Positions 49,120 through 62,939 of a stretch of DNA of 64,000 nucleotides are shown one piece after another. This DNA comes from Paraspadella gotoi. Taxonomy: Eukaryota; Animalia; Chaetognatha. The translations under genes and the position numbers were made by a program. The stretch lies in the NCBI GenBank assembly GCA_051294375.1, contig CM119265.1:20306966-20370965 (forward strand), given 5' to 3'. The notes under the pieces were generated by a model. The model saw only the letters and a program-made list of their open reading frames with translations, did no database searches and was not told the DNA's origin. The first letter of the stretch is position 1. Each line of letters opens with the position of its first letter.

Positions 49120-52037
49120 GGCGAATCCGGAGAACAAAAGACTATCGCCGCACATCTTACTTTAATGCGAGTACTGGGAGTAATGGGAGTACTTGTTTGT
49201 TTACTATTTAATTTTATATTTAAACAATAACACATTATTCAAAATTTTATTAATATTTGGACCCGCCGGTCCGTCCCTACTGAAAGCCTGTCCGGAGTCA
49301 GGGGCTAGATAGCTTACTTATTAAATGAATGGACAATTTTTATATTGGTTGTACCGATTTCAAAGAGGACAGAGGAGTTTAAAACGCTTCACAACCCTGC
49401 AATAGCCAATACACAAAAATCAAAGAGAGTTTTAAATTCCCACCCCTTCAATTGTAGGGTCACGGTTAAGTAGGGGCCAATTCTTCTACATTTACTTTAA
49501 AAAATAATTGAAAACGAAGGTTTGGGCTGGTATGATGGAGTGCTCTGTAAAATAATCCTCAGAGTGACTCAAATTAGTAAGACTGAGACTGTTTTTAAAA
49601 ACCTTCGACTAATTTTTTCTTGCAAAAACAAGAAGCTCTTCTCTCGATCGATACTTTCCCCGTCTTCGATCGAGCTTCGCGCTAATCTCAGACCCTGTCC
49701 TTTCGTCAGTCGTCACGCCGAGACGAAGCACGAGCCAGCACGCGCAGTGCGCACGACCCGCCGCCGCCTCGCTGCCGCATCCGAAAGGCAAGGTTCGACA
49801 AAAAAAGAAACAAAAAAACTAAGCTCTGCTTTAGAGGAAGAGACTTACCCGAGAAAAGCCGTTGTCATGACGACGTCACCATCGGATTCTTTCTTCCGCT
49901 GCCGCGTCGGCTGCCTCTTCCTCCTACGTAAGGCGAAGTCAGCCTCGTGGCTCGTCGTCTCCGTGGAAGACGCTTACCTCTTCCTACGTTAACCACCACC
50001 ACCGCCGCTGCCGCCTACTCTTTTACCAACTACACGAGCACCACTACCGCCACCACCACCACCAATGCGCCTCGCAGTTTCCTAGAGACTTTCACCGTTT
50101 TTTCTCTTCTCGGTAGCACAATCACAACACAAGAAACTGCACTAAATTTTATTGCACTTTTTTGGCGGATAAAATTTGCCTTTTTAATTAAGAAAATAAG
50201 CACCAGAGGATTTTTTTTTGCACCGCAATTCAAAACACGATTTAAGTCTTAAATAGAGAATTTATGGAAATCGGGATTTAACTCACTCAAAACTTATTAA
50301 TCGACGGCTTCATTATCTCTACTCGACTCCTTCGCCTACGAGTAAGTTAAAAAAAGTTTGTTAAAGACAACGGCGTAAATAAAGACAATTATATTTATAA
50401 ATATTCCATTTCATCTTATGTAGGATAAAAAATCTAGCTTTCGATGTTTCTGTATTCTTTGCCCTCTAAATACAAAAACGATTCCCGTATCATTTTTTTT
50501 TTGCTGAAAAAAAAAAGAGAAAGAAAAATGGCCTCATGGTCGGCGTTTGTTAGTGCGGAAATTTGGGTAAGAAAAATATACTCGGTTGACAGAGTAGGGG
50601 ATCGGGACGGGGAGACGTCGGGGCGAAGAGTTTGGCGTCGTCTTAAGGCCGCAGGCCCGCAGAGGGGTCGACGTCGGACGGCGTCGCCGGGGATTAAATG
50701 GGACAATTGGGTGAGAGAGGGCGAGGGGGCCCCAAGAGGGGCTCCGAAAAGGCCTCGATTCGGAAAGGAAGAGGGCGTTGCGACAGGGGCCAAAGGAGAG
50801 TTAGCCCGAGGCACGAAAAACACGACGGACTCGATGGTTTAGGAGACGTCGGACTGGACAGTGGACACTCGCCTGATGAGTATCGGATGAGGTTACCGTC
50901 GTCCACCGCAGATCCAATCGTGGGTTCATCGTTCCCGACGAGAGCGACGACGACGACGACGACGACGACGATGATCATGAAACTAGAGGCACAACGACTA
51001 AAATTAGTGTAGTAGTCAAAGGAGAGAAGAGGACGTAAGATGGTCCTTTTCTTTCGGTTTTATCGTAAAAGAATAATAAGGGTTGACGCGTGGGTCGTGC
51101 AACGTGAAGGATAATTTGTACACCAAAAATAAATACCACTTCGGGTCTATGGGCGCCGCTGAGGTCAGTCGAAGAAGAAACAGGATGGCGATGCAATTTT
51201 TATTACCTTCTATGGTAGGGGTCGTTAGCTGTTTTCAACTGGGGCAGTGAAGATAAGCGGACGGTTCGGAAGGGTTTTGCAACCTTCATGGGACATCGAG
51301 AGCAGAAGCTAAAAAAACAATTGGATAAGGAGGACGGAGGGAGAGAGAGAGAAAAAAAAAGAGAGAGAGTGAGAGAGAGAGGGAGAGAGAGAGAAAGAGA
51401 GAGAGAAACGAAACAATTCTAACATATAATATTATTATATCCAAAAGTAGCAAATGATATGAAAAGGTGAAGAGGAAATCTCCCTCGGGTCAGCGGAGAG
51501 AAAATAGGAAAAAAAATCCCCTTTTTTTGGGTCACGCGAATTCGAGACGAGGCCGAAAAAATGACCAGAATCCAACGAAAAGAGAATATGATTTTCCAAG
51601 AAAAAACATAAAACCAAAAAGAGTACGGGAGGGGGGCGGGTGATGAAGAATGGAGGGTTTTTTCTTTTTTCACCATCTTTATCACTCTAAGACGCGCAAT
51701 GAAAATTAGTTTTCAGTCTCTTGTTTCTCAAAAAAAGCTAGAGGAGGCGGTACGTCAAACGCGTGCCCTTTGGTGATAAAAAAAAAAAGAAGCGAAGAGC
51801 TTAAATCTAATTCGAGAGGAAGCTTGTTCGAATCGCAAGGAACATTAATAAAATGCTGAACCAAATCTAGGTATTTCGTCCTTACCTTCGAAAAGTCGAC
51901 CTTACCCTGAGTTTATTTCATATCCACCTCCACATCCCGTCATCGTCGCCCATACTGAGCTTGTCTCCCTCACCTCCTCATCCATCGCAGGGAATCGACC
52001 ATTACTTTCTCTCGGTCAGAATCAAACTGACGACAGG

Positions 52038-52086
<49 letters not shown>

Positions 52087-53405
52087 CTTCTGCTCCTCTC
52101 TCTCTCTCTCTCTCTGATCTGAAGATATCAATCTCTGTCCATTTTTGATGCCCCGCCATATTCTTCTGTGCGACCCGAGAATTTCATCGGTCGTTGTTTT
52201 TTCCTTACCTTTCCTTACCTTTTCTTTTCCTCTTTTTTCCTTTTCTATTTTTCCCAGTCTTAACTCATCTCCCTTTAACTCTATCTTCTCCCTCACCCTT
52301 TTATTTTGTCAGAACCTACCGGCGTCGGACGTCCCTATTTCGAAAATAATTTAGAGAATAAGGTTTTGAAAACATGCTTTAATTCTAACGCTCTATTTCT
52401 AATGCTTTATTTCTAATGCTTTATTTATATAATGATCTAATGGTTGCATAGTTCTTATAGTAAAAAAAAGTTATTCTAGGCTTATCTATCAGTCTAATTA
52501 TATCGAAGCTTGTGTTTCTATGTTTTTATTTTATTTTTATGTCCATTTATATTCCTTTTCAATGAATAACAGTTTACAGAGAACAAATACCTCTCTTCTC
52601 TCTCTCTCTGTCAAATTGGCGTTTTCTTTCCCTATCTCTTTCTCTCTTTCTTTCCATCTCTTAGTTTCTTTCTCCTTTTCTCCTCATCATTGTCGTCATC
52701 TTCATCGTCATCGTCGTCGTTCCTTTCCAAGTCGGTCGGATTCATAGGCCAAATTGAAAAATATTTCGTTCTTTAGATAACAAAAATATTTTTTACCCTG
52801 TTTATCAATTCTTAATAAATTATTAATTATCAAATTCAATTTAATTTTAAAAAAACCTTATTTCATGCTGCACGCACCATTCTCTTGTACGGAAATCAGA
52901 AAACAGACGTTGGAGGGATCCTTCGCAATGGGCGCTCATATGTCTCCTCTTCCTCTTCCTTCTCCTCCTCTTCGTCCTCAGTGTCTTCGCAGCTCTTGCC
53001 TTACCCGTCCCTTACCATCTCATTCTTATTCCGCCTCTTTGCTCCAAGACACGTAATTTTTATAAGCCTTTCAGTTCCTCGGCACTTCATAGTATCTGCC
53101 TTTATAATGCATAGGAGAAAAATTTGCAAAACATATACCTTCTGCATTACAGACTCAAAGTTTATTTTTTCGCACTTCATTTTCTGAAACGAATTACGAA
53201 TAAAAAAAAAACCCAACAAAAACAAAAGGCTACCTCCTCAACCCTTGCAACGGATCTAGCAAAATTGTGGCTGCGCGTATACGTGTAAATTTAAAAAAAT
53301 AAACCTTGCGGTTGTCAACATCTGGTAGATTTTAGGTAAGTTTACAATGACTTACTATAGATACTGTAGATTACAAAGAGCCAAAAGAGCGAGAAGAGAG
53401 AGAGA

Positions 53406-53481
<76 letters not shown>

Positions 53482-54901
53482 AGCGTTATCAAAGAAAAAC
53501 TCGTTGGAAAGGTCGTTAGGAATATTAATGAAACTGCCGGGCACGGTCGAAGTCAAGTTATTTTAAGGCCTCTTTTTTTTGGGTTCGCTATCTGGATTCA
53601 GTATCAGCCGCTTATCTTCACACGACGAACATTTTTTTTTTTTCGAGGAATTTTTTTTTCTCGGTTGATAGCGTTGAACTCGTTTCATAAACTTCCTGGT
53701 AATTTTTACTTTTTCGTTCCTTAAAAAACGTTTTTACTAAACGTGTCGATGACGTTTTATTCTTTTCGACGTTCCAATTCGTCGTCAAACGGGATTGCTC
53801 TTTCTTTTTCCGCTTCGTTTAAAAATAAAACAATGGAGCGCGCGTTAATTTAAACGAGGTGAGTTCGATCAAGAGAGGCGCCAATCCTAATAGTTCTCGT
53901 CGCTTTTATTTTCCGTTTCGAAAAGTTCAACGGCCGACTTCTAGTCGGAGGCTTTCTCACGAATGGATTGAACGATTTTATTTTAGTGTTATAAAAAAAA
54001 AATATGAATTTCATTAACTGATATTAAAATTCAATAATTAGCTCGATTCGAGCAACGATTTTCTCTCATCAAGTCGATTGAGAAGAAGAAAAAAAAGAGG
54101 AAAATCTCTTCCATTTTCCATCGATCCTCTTTTCTTTCTTTCTTCGCTGTTTTCTTCTCTTTTTCCTTTTTCCTCCCTTTTTTTTATTCTCCATTTTTTT
54201 TTACGCCAGTTCTTAAACGGAAAGAGAGAGACGCCGCCTTTGAACGCCATTCGTTTATGCAAATGCGCTGAAACGAAATTAAAAAAAAAAACTTTTTTAG
54301 TTTTACTCTCTTCTTTCAGCGTCGTCGTCATCAAGAGGGGCGCTTTTGTTCTTTTTTCTTTCTGTTTGCCGTCTTTTATCCTGCTNNNNNNNNNNAGAGA
54401 GAGAGAGAGAGAGAGAGAGACTAATCGTTTTATAGCGAATCTCGTCCTTTGATTATATTCATCATCAAGGAGCAGAGAAGTATTATTAAGTGAATGTCTG
54501 ACGTTGAATCGCGAGATGATGAACGTTGTAAATCCCTGCGCATTGCAATTCATCCTTTCAAACGATGACCCCTTATTCTACTATCATATTTTACGTCTCT
54601 ATCCCGATCCGACCGATTGTCTAAAGTCCCAATAATCATTGCCTAAATGTCTAAATTTTTCCTTTTTTCCCGAAATTTTTATTTGATAGTATTAGTATCC
54701 CGCCACCTAATCCTCTCACTCTTCCGACTTCCCCGCCCTTCGGCCTTCACCTTCTGATCGTGTGATCTCCCTTCTTCGTAATTCCCTTCAAGTGGCATCC
54801 AAGGATGCCTGAGACCGATTATCTNNNNNNNNNNCCGCTCATTGCGAGCGCGTTTTCCTCTTCCGCGGTTCCAACTTTCTCTTCCGGCTTTTTTTTTGGT
54901 T

Positions 54902-54932
<31 letters not shown>

Positions 54933-57900
54933 TCACATCGTTGGCGGCAGCGGTGAAATCACGGAACCAATGGGCGGAATTTTCGCGTGAAACTCCACTT
55001 CCGCGTTTCACTGACGCAACGACGACGACGACGACGACGACGGCTTTTGAGGATTTGGAATTTACGCTCGATGGTTCACGTGACTTCACGTTTGTTATTT
55101 GTTTTTCAAAGTTGATTTAATTTGTCGAGCGATTTTCTATGCAGTTATTTTCCGCATGATTTGGTTATTGTGCAAAGCTTTGTTTCATTCAGAGAGTATT
55201 AATATTCTTTTAGACGCTTCTCTCTCTGTCTGTCCGTCTGTTTTTTCTTTGCTTTTAAATTTTTGATTTAATTTTTCGCTCAGTGCTTTTTGCGAAAGAG
55301 CTTACTCATTTCACCTCAATGTCACGCGTAATCTTTATCGTTGTTATCCTTCGTCTGGCGACTTTGACCTCACCTCTCTCCCCAAATTTCTCCTTTTTTT
55401 TTTAATTCAGGTAAAAAAAGAGAAAAAAATTTACATTTTCTTCTTTAGAATATGAAATTTTTTTTTCTCAGCCGTCAGAAGACGGGAGACAAGAATCTAA
55501 AGCAATTAGACAACCGATTCAGAAAGAAGCTAATGCGATACGATCATCGGTTTTAGCCCTTGTAATATCTTTTTTTTTTTTGGAAAAAGAATTCTGAATT
55601 CGTCGACCACTACAGATATTCAACATCTCTGATCAAGTGAATGGAAATTGTATAAGTTATTTGGGGATTGAATATAATCGGCAGTAATGTGAGATGTCCT
55701 CGATGATAATTGCTTTGCATGTGTGACTGCTACTATGTCATTATCTTGTATGAGTGATGGATATCTATATCTGTTCTTATATATATATATATATATATAT
55801 GATTATTGGAATTAGTTTTATATTTGTTTGGACCAATTCATAATAATTAACCGGTTATTCATTTCCGTTTTAAGTTGAAATATTGTATGCGGAAAGTATG
55901 GCGTTATGTTAAAAAAACCAGCTGCGCTGGTCAAAAGTCTTTCCACCGCCTTCAAGTCACGCCGAGATTTCTCGCGCTCGATTCATTCGTCCGCCGGCGC
56001 CGGCGTCGGGTCGCCTCTTTTTATCTTCGGAGTCCATGAACCCTAGAGATGGGGAATTTCCGGCGACGACGACGACGAAATCTCGAGACCCAAAAAAACA
56101 AACACGAAAAAATTTTGGGAGAATCCAGATTTTGGAAGACATTAATGCGGTCTTCATAAAGATAAAGCGGGGGTTTGAGAAGAGAGGTAGTAGAGAGAGA
56201 GAGGAGAGTAGAGACATAGTGAGGGAAATAAGTGAGACAGGGCCGGTGTTGTCGGCGACGGGGCTGAAGGCAGGGTGGGGATCTTCAGAGACGATATGAG
56301 TAAAGCGGTGGAATTCTTCGGAAGATACGAGATGAGGAAAGACGGGTATGAAGACTGAAGATTCATGAAAAGACGCGAGTATAGAGGTTAAGCCATTTTT
56401 AAAATTTTATTTGAGAAAAAAGATAACTCTTAAAAGAATGTCTTTGGGAATAAAAAACATTAATAAACAAATCATTCGAAAATAAATATTAAGAGTCCTA
56501 CAGACGTTTCTTTTAGTTTGATTTTTCAATATATTTTTTCGTCAATTTTTCTTTTTGTGTAAGCCCCTGGAGGTTTAGGCCATTCGATGTCGTCAGTATT
56601 TCTTGGAATTCCTTGACTGCTTTGTGTTTGATCAAGTCAAGGGGTTTCAAAACTCAATTTCATTGTTTGGTAGGATATTCCTGGCGCTGGTGACGGGAAA
56701 TCAAGTTCACAGTCAGTTTTCGCCCTCTATGACAACTTTGATATTGCATTAAATTAAGTAATTGTCTTCTTGATTTCTTTTCGTTATCGCTTCTTCATTT
56801 TCTGACAATTAGGACTAATTGTTTTAAAGCAGCTCATTAGAGAATTAGGCCTGACTGAAAAAAAAAGAGTCCGAGACCGATGATGACGACGACGACGACA
56901 CGCCGATTTTCAGAGCCGTCGGTTCGGACAGCAAGAGCGAACTAACCAACAAAATAGCACGCAGCGGCGCTCGTTTCAAATCAAGCATAAAGATACAACA
57001 CAGACAGCAAACATAACAAGACACTAACACCGACTTGATATCGTCCTTTAGGCAAGGTCGATGATCAAGCTCCGCGGTTGAACCGTCTTTTCACCTCTGG
57101 ACTTTCTCCGAGCGGTGGACAGCAGATATGACGTGTAAATCGCGATCGTTTGCTGTACATTTTGCATTGTACTATATCAAATGAAAATGAAAATCGCAGT
57201 AAGAGAAAACTTCTTCTAGACGTTGACGGATCCTAGAATTTAAGATCGACGATATTCATTTCCTCCGAATGTCACTTCATAAAAAAGATGTATTAGATGA
57301 GAAACGACGATACACAGGCCCGGCTCCTGGCAGCCGGAGGGTAACAAGTAGCGGCAGATTCCGACCAATATGTCGTGCTATAATATATCATATACGTTTG
57401 AGGCTATATTAACCGCAGGCCTCGTGTTAGTGTCCAGATCGGACTTGTTTTGTATGGTAGATGTATCAAAATCCAGAAACTAACTTTTTCAAGTTTCTTT
57501 TTATAAAGTTAACTCCCTTTAAATGAGTTTTTATCATCATTTGTTTTTTAAAAACCAAAAAGAGTAAATGGCGGACCGACCTGATAAGCGTCCTAATAGA
57601 TCTAAGCACACAGCCCGCTAAAAAATATGGGCCAATAAAAATACATAGCGGGGTGGAAGAGTCAGTGCTTGATTTCCGACCAGAAGGAATTTTTTTATGG
57701 GCTTTCAGAACAGGCGGTCGTCCGTTTGTTGTTGTCCATCATTCTGACATTGCGACGGTTTTTATCATTTCCATCGAAGACCTGCTTTTTTTTTTTACTG
57801 ATATCCATTGTATGGTAAATCACAAATTATCAGCGTTATGCTAATCAATGTTATTGACATTCATGACATGCTAAACAACAATGATTAGCATTGATGGGCC

Positions 57901-58200
57901 TGGTCATCAGCGATGGCGCGTTGGAGAACCGCGGGTCGTAGAACTCTCCGACTGGAGGCGTCTGGCCACGCTCCGTTCGAACTGCGTGGGCGCTGCTTCG
58001 CACGTGGGCGGTCGCGCGCAGACAAGTTGGCGTGCACAGCCGCCAAACTGTGCGTTACGCTGCTGCTGTTTTTTTGTTTTGCGACGGAGAAATAAAGTCA
58101 ACCGGGTGGCGACCCAATGCGCGGAGCTGCATAAAGAGAGAGGGAGACAGAGAAAGAGAGTGAGAGAGAGACGAGAGACAGAGTGAGAGAGAAAGAGTAA

Positions 58201-58231
<31 letters not shown>

Positions 58232-58713
58232 AGGAAGATTGTTAGAGAGAGAGAGAAGAGGCGGGCACTTAAATATATTGCACGATGACATGCGGCGCCG
58301 GAAGCCGCATCTTTGCTGCGTCTTTTCCGTACGCGGGGAAAAGAGAGGAGAGAGAGAGAGAGGAGATGAGAAGAGAGAGAAAGGGAGAGAGAGGAGAGAG
58401 AGAGAGGAGAGAGAGAGAGGAGGTGTGGAGGGGTGAGGGAGCGGCATATTAGGATCATTAACGAGGTGCTTCCGGTTCTTCAGAAGAAACAGAGGAAAAA
58501 AAGAAAGAAGAAGAAGAAAAGGAGGAAAAAGAGGAAAGAAAACTTCTTGTCAAAAGAAGAAGCAGTGTTTTGTGTTGTTTTTTTTTCGAAAAGAAGAAGA
58601 GAATTTTGTTTCGTATTAAAACCATTTTCGCTCCCGGACGCTTGCAGCCTCTTATAAATAAAATATAGCTTGTATGTATACTACATAATATATAGGATAT
58701 AGTATTGCGAGAG

Positions 58714-58788
<75 letters not shown>

Positions 58789-59654
58789 GAGAGAGAGAGC
58801 ATTCCCACTCCGATCGTTTTCAGCTTCGTTTGGACTTTAATGATGCTCGCGCGCGAATGACTCGAGAATCTTCATTTAAAAAAAACGTGCGCGAACATTT
58901 TGAGTCTCGATTTCGATAATTAATTTCGACTGCTTTATCGCTCATTAAGGTGGGCGAGTGTTCGCTCGCGGAACGTTAATGAGAAGTATGATTTATTTTC
59001 AAATATAAAAGTTAAAACTTTTTAAAAGGTGGATCATGTTAAATTTAAGGTCGGTCTTCGTCGTCGTTCGCCTCCGTTCTGATTTTCTTGCGCAACGGTC
59101 GTCTTGCGAGGAGCCTCGATCCCGACGAGGCTTCTCGGGATCTCCCGTCTGAACCCGGAGAAAGTCCTTTTCCCGATAGTGGCTCATGTGTCCTCGCTCT
59201 CAATGAGCTGAGGAATGATGATGTAATTTCGATGCATTCATCTCTTTCTATAAGGACTCACGATTACGGATATCCATGTTACGACGGATGTAGAACTTGA
59301 AAAAAGGTTAATTTTCCGAGGATCGTTCCGTCAAGATAGAGGCTCACCCTTAACCGGCCAGAACCTTCTCTTCTCCCCTTCATGCCCCGGTGCCTTCTCT
59401 TCCCCTCTCACGGCCCTTCTCCTCCCTCTCAGAGGCGCGTCGCTCCTCGTCCTCCCCGGAGTCAACGGATAGAGTCTGGAGATCGGACTCTCTCTGCTCA
59501 ATTTCTCTCTCGGTCAGGCAGACCTTCCCTCTCACCTTCTCGCCCTTTTATGTACCCTTGTTCCCTCTTGTTATAGCTGACTGTACCTACCTCTTTCACT
59601 AATGAGAGACGAGTAAGAACCTACCTTTAGCTAGAATACCTCATCTTCCCAGTG

Positions 59655-59725
59655 CGCCCAATGTGGGGCTCGAACCCACGACCCGGATTAAGAGTCCCGT
59701 GTTCTAACAATTAATTTATCACAGA
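59655..59725 (-). pseudogene. tRNA-Lys(CTT) pseudogene or tRNA-derived SINE head
   Basis: The minus strand reads GGGACTCTTAATCC-GGGTCGTGGGTTCGAGCCCCACATTGGGCG, matching the anticodon arm to 3' end of tRNA-Lys(CTT). The 5' acceptor strand and D arm are decayed. Confidence 0.75.
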
Positions 59726-60604
59726 TTTTTTTCGACAAGTTGATGCAATTTCATCGAAAAGAGTTAATCGGCGTACCCCGTTTGTTCAATGTTTCACGAA
59801 TTAAAATAGTTGCTCACGTACATTCTCCTCCACGTAACTCGACATCGTTTGTATACAACGGTTGTAAATTCATAAATAATTCGTTCGAATGGTCAAATAG
59901 ACATCGTCGCTTGGATGGCAATACCAATTCTGTCAACTCGATCCTCCGAGATGTATATTAGTTAACCCGTTCATGTCCCGATGTAAACGTACATGAGCTT
60001 CGTTTCCTCGGATCCTGGTCCGAAGCTGAAGCGCAAAGCGCCCGAGGAATTATGAATGAGAATGCGAAATACGAAATTAATCGTCTTCGTTTCGTGTTAA
60101 AAATTTTCTCTTTACTAATGCGGTAGATCATCGACTGAAGTATCGCATCGAAGAAAAGGTAGGAAAGAGAAAAAGGAACGGAAAAGGGAATAAAGGATAG
60201 AATCGCTTAGGTTAGTTCGGTTCGGCGCACGAACGTTGAACGAACGAAGTCTCGGAGGATGTCGCCAGCCTCCCACAAGGGTATTTGTCATTGTGGTTCC
60301 TGGCCATTAGATTCAAAGCTGATTTGGTCTCGAATATCTGCGGTGCAGGCGAAATAGAATCGGTCAACGGCTTTGGATCGGACCCGGGAACGCACAGGCT
60401 AAATTGCAAAAAAAGGTTGGCTCTTTGGCTGGAAGTGTTTTCTGTTTGATTAAGTCGCAGAAAATGGACGCTCGTCGCGCTTTCAGGATTCGGATAACTT
60501 TCTAATCCCGTGACGTCAAAGCATCTCGAGACGACGCGTCGCACCTCCGCCCCGCCGCCATACCGAGCCACACTCAGCCACCCCGAAGTCTCCCGCCCGT
60601 CACC

Positions 60605-62105
60605 ATGCCCAGTCAGCCCCCCGCCAATGTAGACAACTCCCGAGAACAAGAAATCGACAAAACAATCCGAAACCGATCCAAGCCCCGACGGCGGCCGAAC
60701 GCAGCTAAAAATTTTCCGACCACGAGGTGAGAGGCTTTGGAAGTCTCAGAGTTACGCCGTTCGTGACACGTCGAGGAGGGAAGTATCCACTTTGAATGAC
60801 GTCCTCCACCTTTAGGGGTGAGGAATGAGGCGGTGGAGTGGTTTGAATTGAATTTGGAGTCTGAACTGGAGTGGAGAATTGTGAGAATTGGTCTCGAATT
60901 CTTATCCCCAAATAATTCGCCCCACTCTGGTTTTTGGTATCTTGCCTAGACCTTTTGTCGTAAATTTGGACTTGGGGTTCCAGCGTCGTGCAATTTTTTG
61001 TTAAAAAAATGAAATAGAAAAAAAGCAAACCAGTTCTTTTCAAAACGGTGAGTCGCAAAGTCAAGCATCAGCATCTCTTTCTCTCTTTCGTCCTTCCTTC
61101 TTCTTCAACTCCAAAGGATCATGTTCTTTACCTCGCATTCATCATCCCGACCGTTCTCGAAGGCCTCTTCAACGCCTTCAACCTCGGGCGGATTCGCGCA
61201 CTCTCTTTGAGACGATTGTTGACGGGCCCTCTCCGTCTTCCTCCGCGGAGACTCGAGGAGCGCGTCATTCCTCGCGTGGAGCGGTCTACGCCGGGGTCAA
61301 TCAGGATTCTTTTGACGAAGGTGAGCGACACGGGATAACAGGATGACTGACAAAACGTTAAAACCGCCCGAGCCGACTGACCAAGACGTCACCGGTCGGG
61401 AACCGAACAGAACACGACCGGACCGGACCGGACCGACGGATTCGAGGCGGACTCGAGCCGATGACCGATAAAGAAAGAAAATGAATTGAAAAGAAACGAA
61501 ACGAGGATCGAATATCGTGTTTCTTCCAATCTAAATTTCCCCCCATATTTCTTCGTCCTCTCAGAGTCAGATGCACGAATTCTTGTAAACAACTTTCGTC
61601 GGAAGCTCGTCGCGGACGACGAGTTGAAGCTATTCAGGAAGCGACCAGGTGTCCATCGACTAGGGTCTGTCATGGAAGCGCGTTTTTTTCTTTTTAGTCT
61701 GTCTTCTACAGATTTTTAATCGATTTGTTCTTCATTCATCGATGCTTGTCGTTCTAATCCCTTGTTCGTTCGTTCCAGTCCCGTTCGTTTCGTTCGTTCG
61801 TTCGTGTGTTCGTCGTTCGTTCGTTCGTCGTTTATTTTCGTTATTTATCGTTCGTTTCGTTCGTGTCATTGCGTTTCATTTATCCTGTGACCGACACCCT
61901 ATCGGCGCCCCAGACTTCGTAGAGACGGCTACGACGTCTCGACGTCAACCACGACAACCGCGTGGACTTCACCGACTTCGGAAAAGCCGTTCTCCGACAG
62001 CCGCCTGATGCTGGAGGCCTCGGGAGGTGCCTTTCCTCGCAGCGGCGGTCGAACGTGTTTAGGACGACCTTCGCTGCCGACAGGACGGACGTGCAACTCT
62101 TATGA
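60605..62105 (+). pseudogene. EFCAB1: Calaxin/EFCAB1-like EF-hand (NCS family) gene, 4 exons, multiple frameshifts (pseudogene or sequencing errors)
   Basis: Switching frames gives, in order: LKFSDHEVRG...MTSSTFR (to 60817); DHVLYLAF...LEGLFNAFN...LSVFLRG.LEER...LAWSVY (61117-61320); SQMHEFL (from 61565); DFVET.LRRLDVNHDNRVDFTDFGKAVLRQP.LMLEA.GRCL (61914-62105). This is collinear with remembered calaxin motifs FNKFEV, FRNILHVTF, GLSLFLRGSLEEK and DLVEITLKKMDHDHDGKLSFADY...LLLEAFGPCLP. Confidence 0.75.
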
Positions 62106-62907
62106 GAGGCGAGTCGCATCGGTACGGGGATCGACGGGATTGCTTAATCGAAAGGCCCGCTATCAATATTGATGATAATCAAGAATAATAAAGTATTAAG
62201 TGGAAAACAATCCTGATGAGCTTGGAAAGCGATGCAAAAACAAATGGTATGTAGCTGATTATCGAAATGGGCTCTGAAAACGGCGCGCGAAACATGTTCT
62301 TCTTTTCCCCTTCTCTCCTCTCTCTCTCTCTCTCTCGATCTCGTCCATCCTCTCTCTCATCCTCTCTCCTCTCTTCTCTCTCTCTCTCTCTCTCTTCTCT
62401 CTACTCCTCCTCTCCTTTCTCTCTCTCCTCTCTCTCGTCTTAAAAAAGGACACTTTGGTTTTATTTCAGAAGCTGTATTCTGCCGTTTCTCGTATCTTCT
62501 CCGACTTTTGCGGTCGTCGTCGTCCGTCGATATGAAACTGCACCAAAAGTAGTCCCATGACCCCAGCGCTCACCAACCACCCCACTCCATTTCTCGCCCT
62601 CTGCTGTCAAAGACGAGCGCCCAACTGAGACACGAATGGGGGAAGGAGGAAGAGAGCAGAGGAGAGGAGGCAGGAGGAGGAGGAAATAAGGAAAATCATC
62701 ATGATTGTCATTCATTGCGGGGGAGAAAAGGGGGGGGGAAGGAAGGGATGGAGTCTGTCGATGAAAGAAGGAAGAGGAAATATTAAAAGGTGAGGAGAGA
62801 TGGACATTATGGACGGAAGAGGGAAATGAAAAAAGTAAAGAAGGAAAAATAGAAGAATATCGAATTTAAAGTAAGAAATGAAAGAGAGAGAGAGAGAGAG
62901 AAGAGAG

Positions 62908-62939
<32 letters not shown>

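Noticed and set aside
61630-61650. Second GA donor (CAG|GAAGCG) in the calaxin-like gene
   Set aside because: The region is full of indels; a dropped T from GGTAAGC or the nearby GT explains it equally well.
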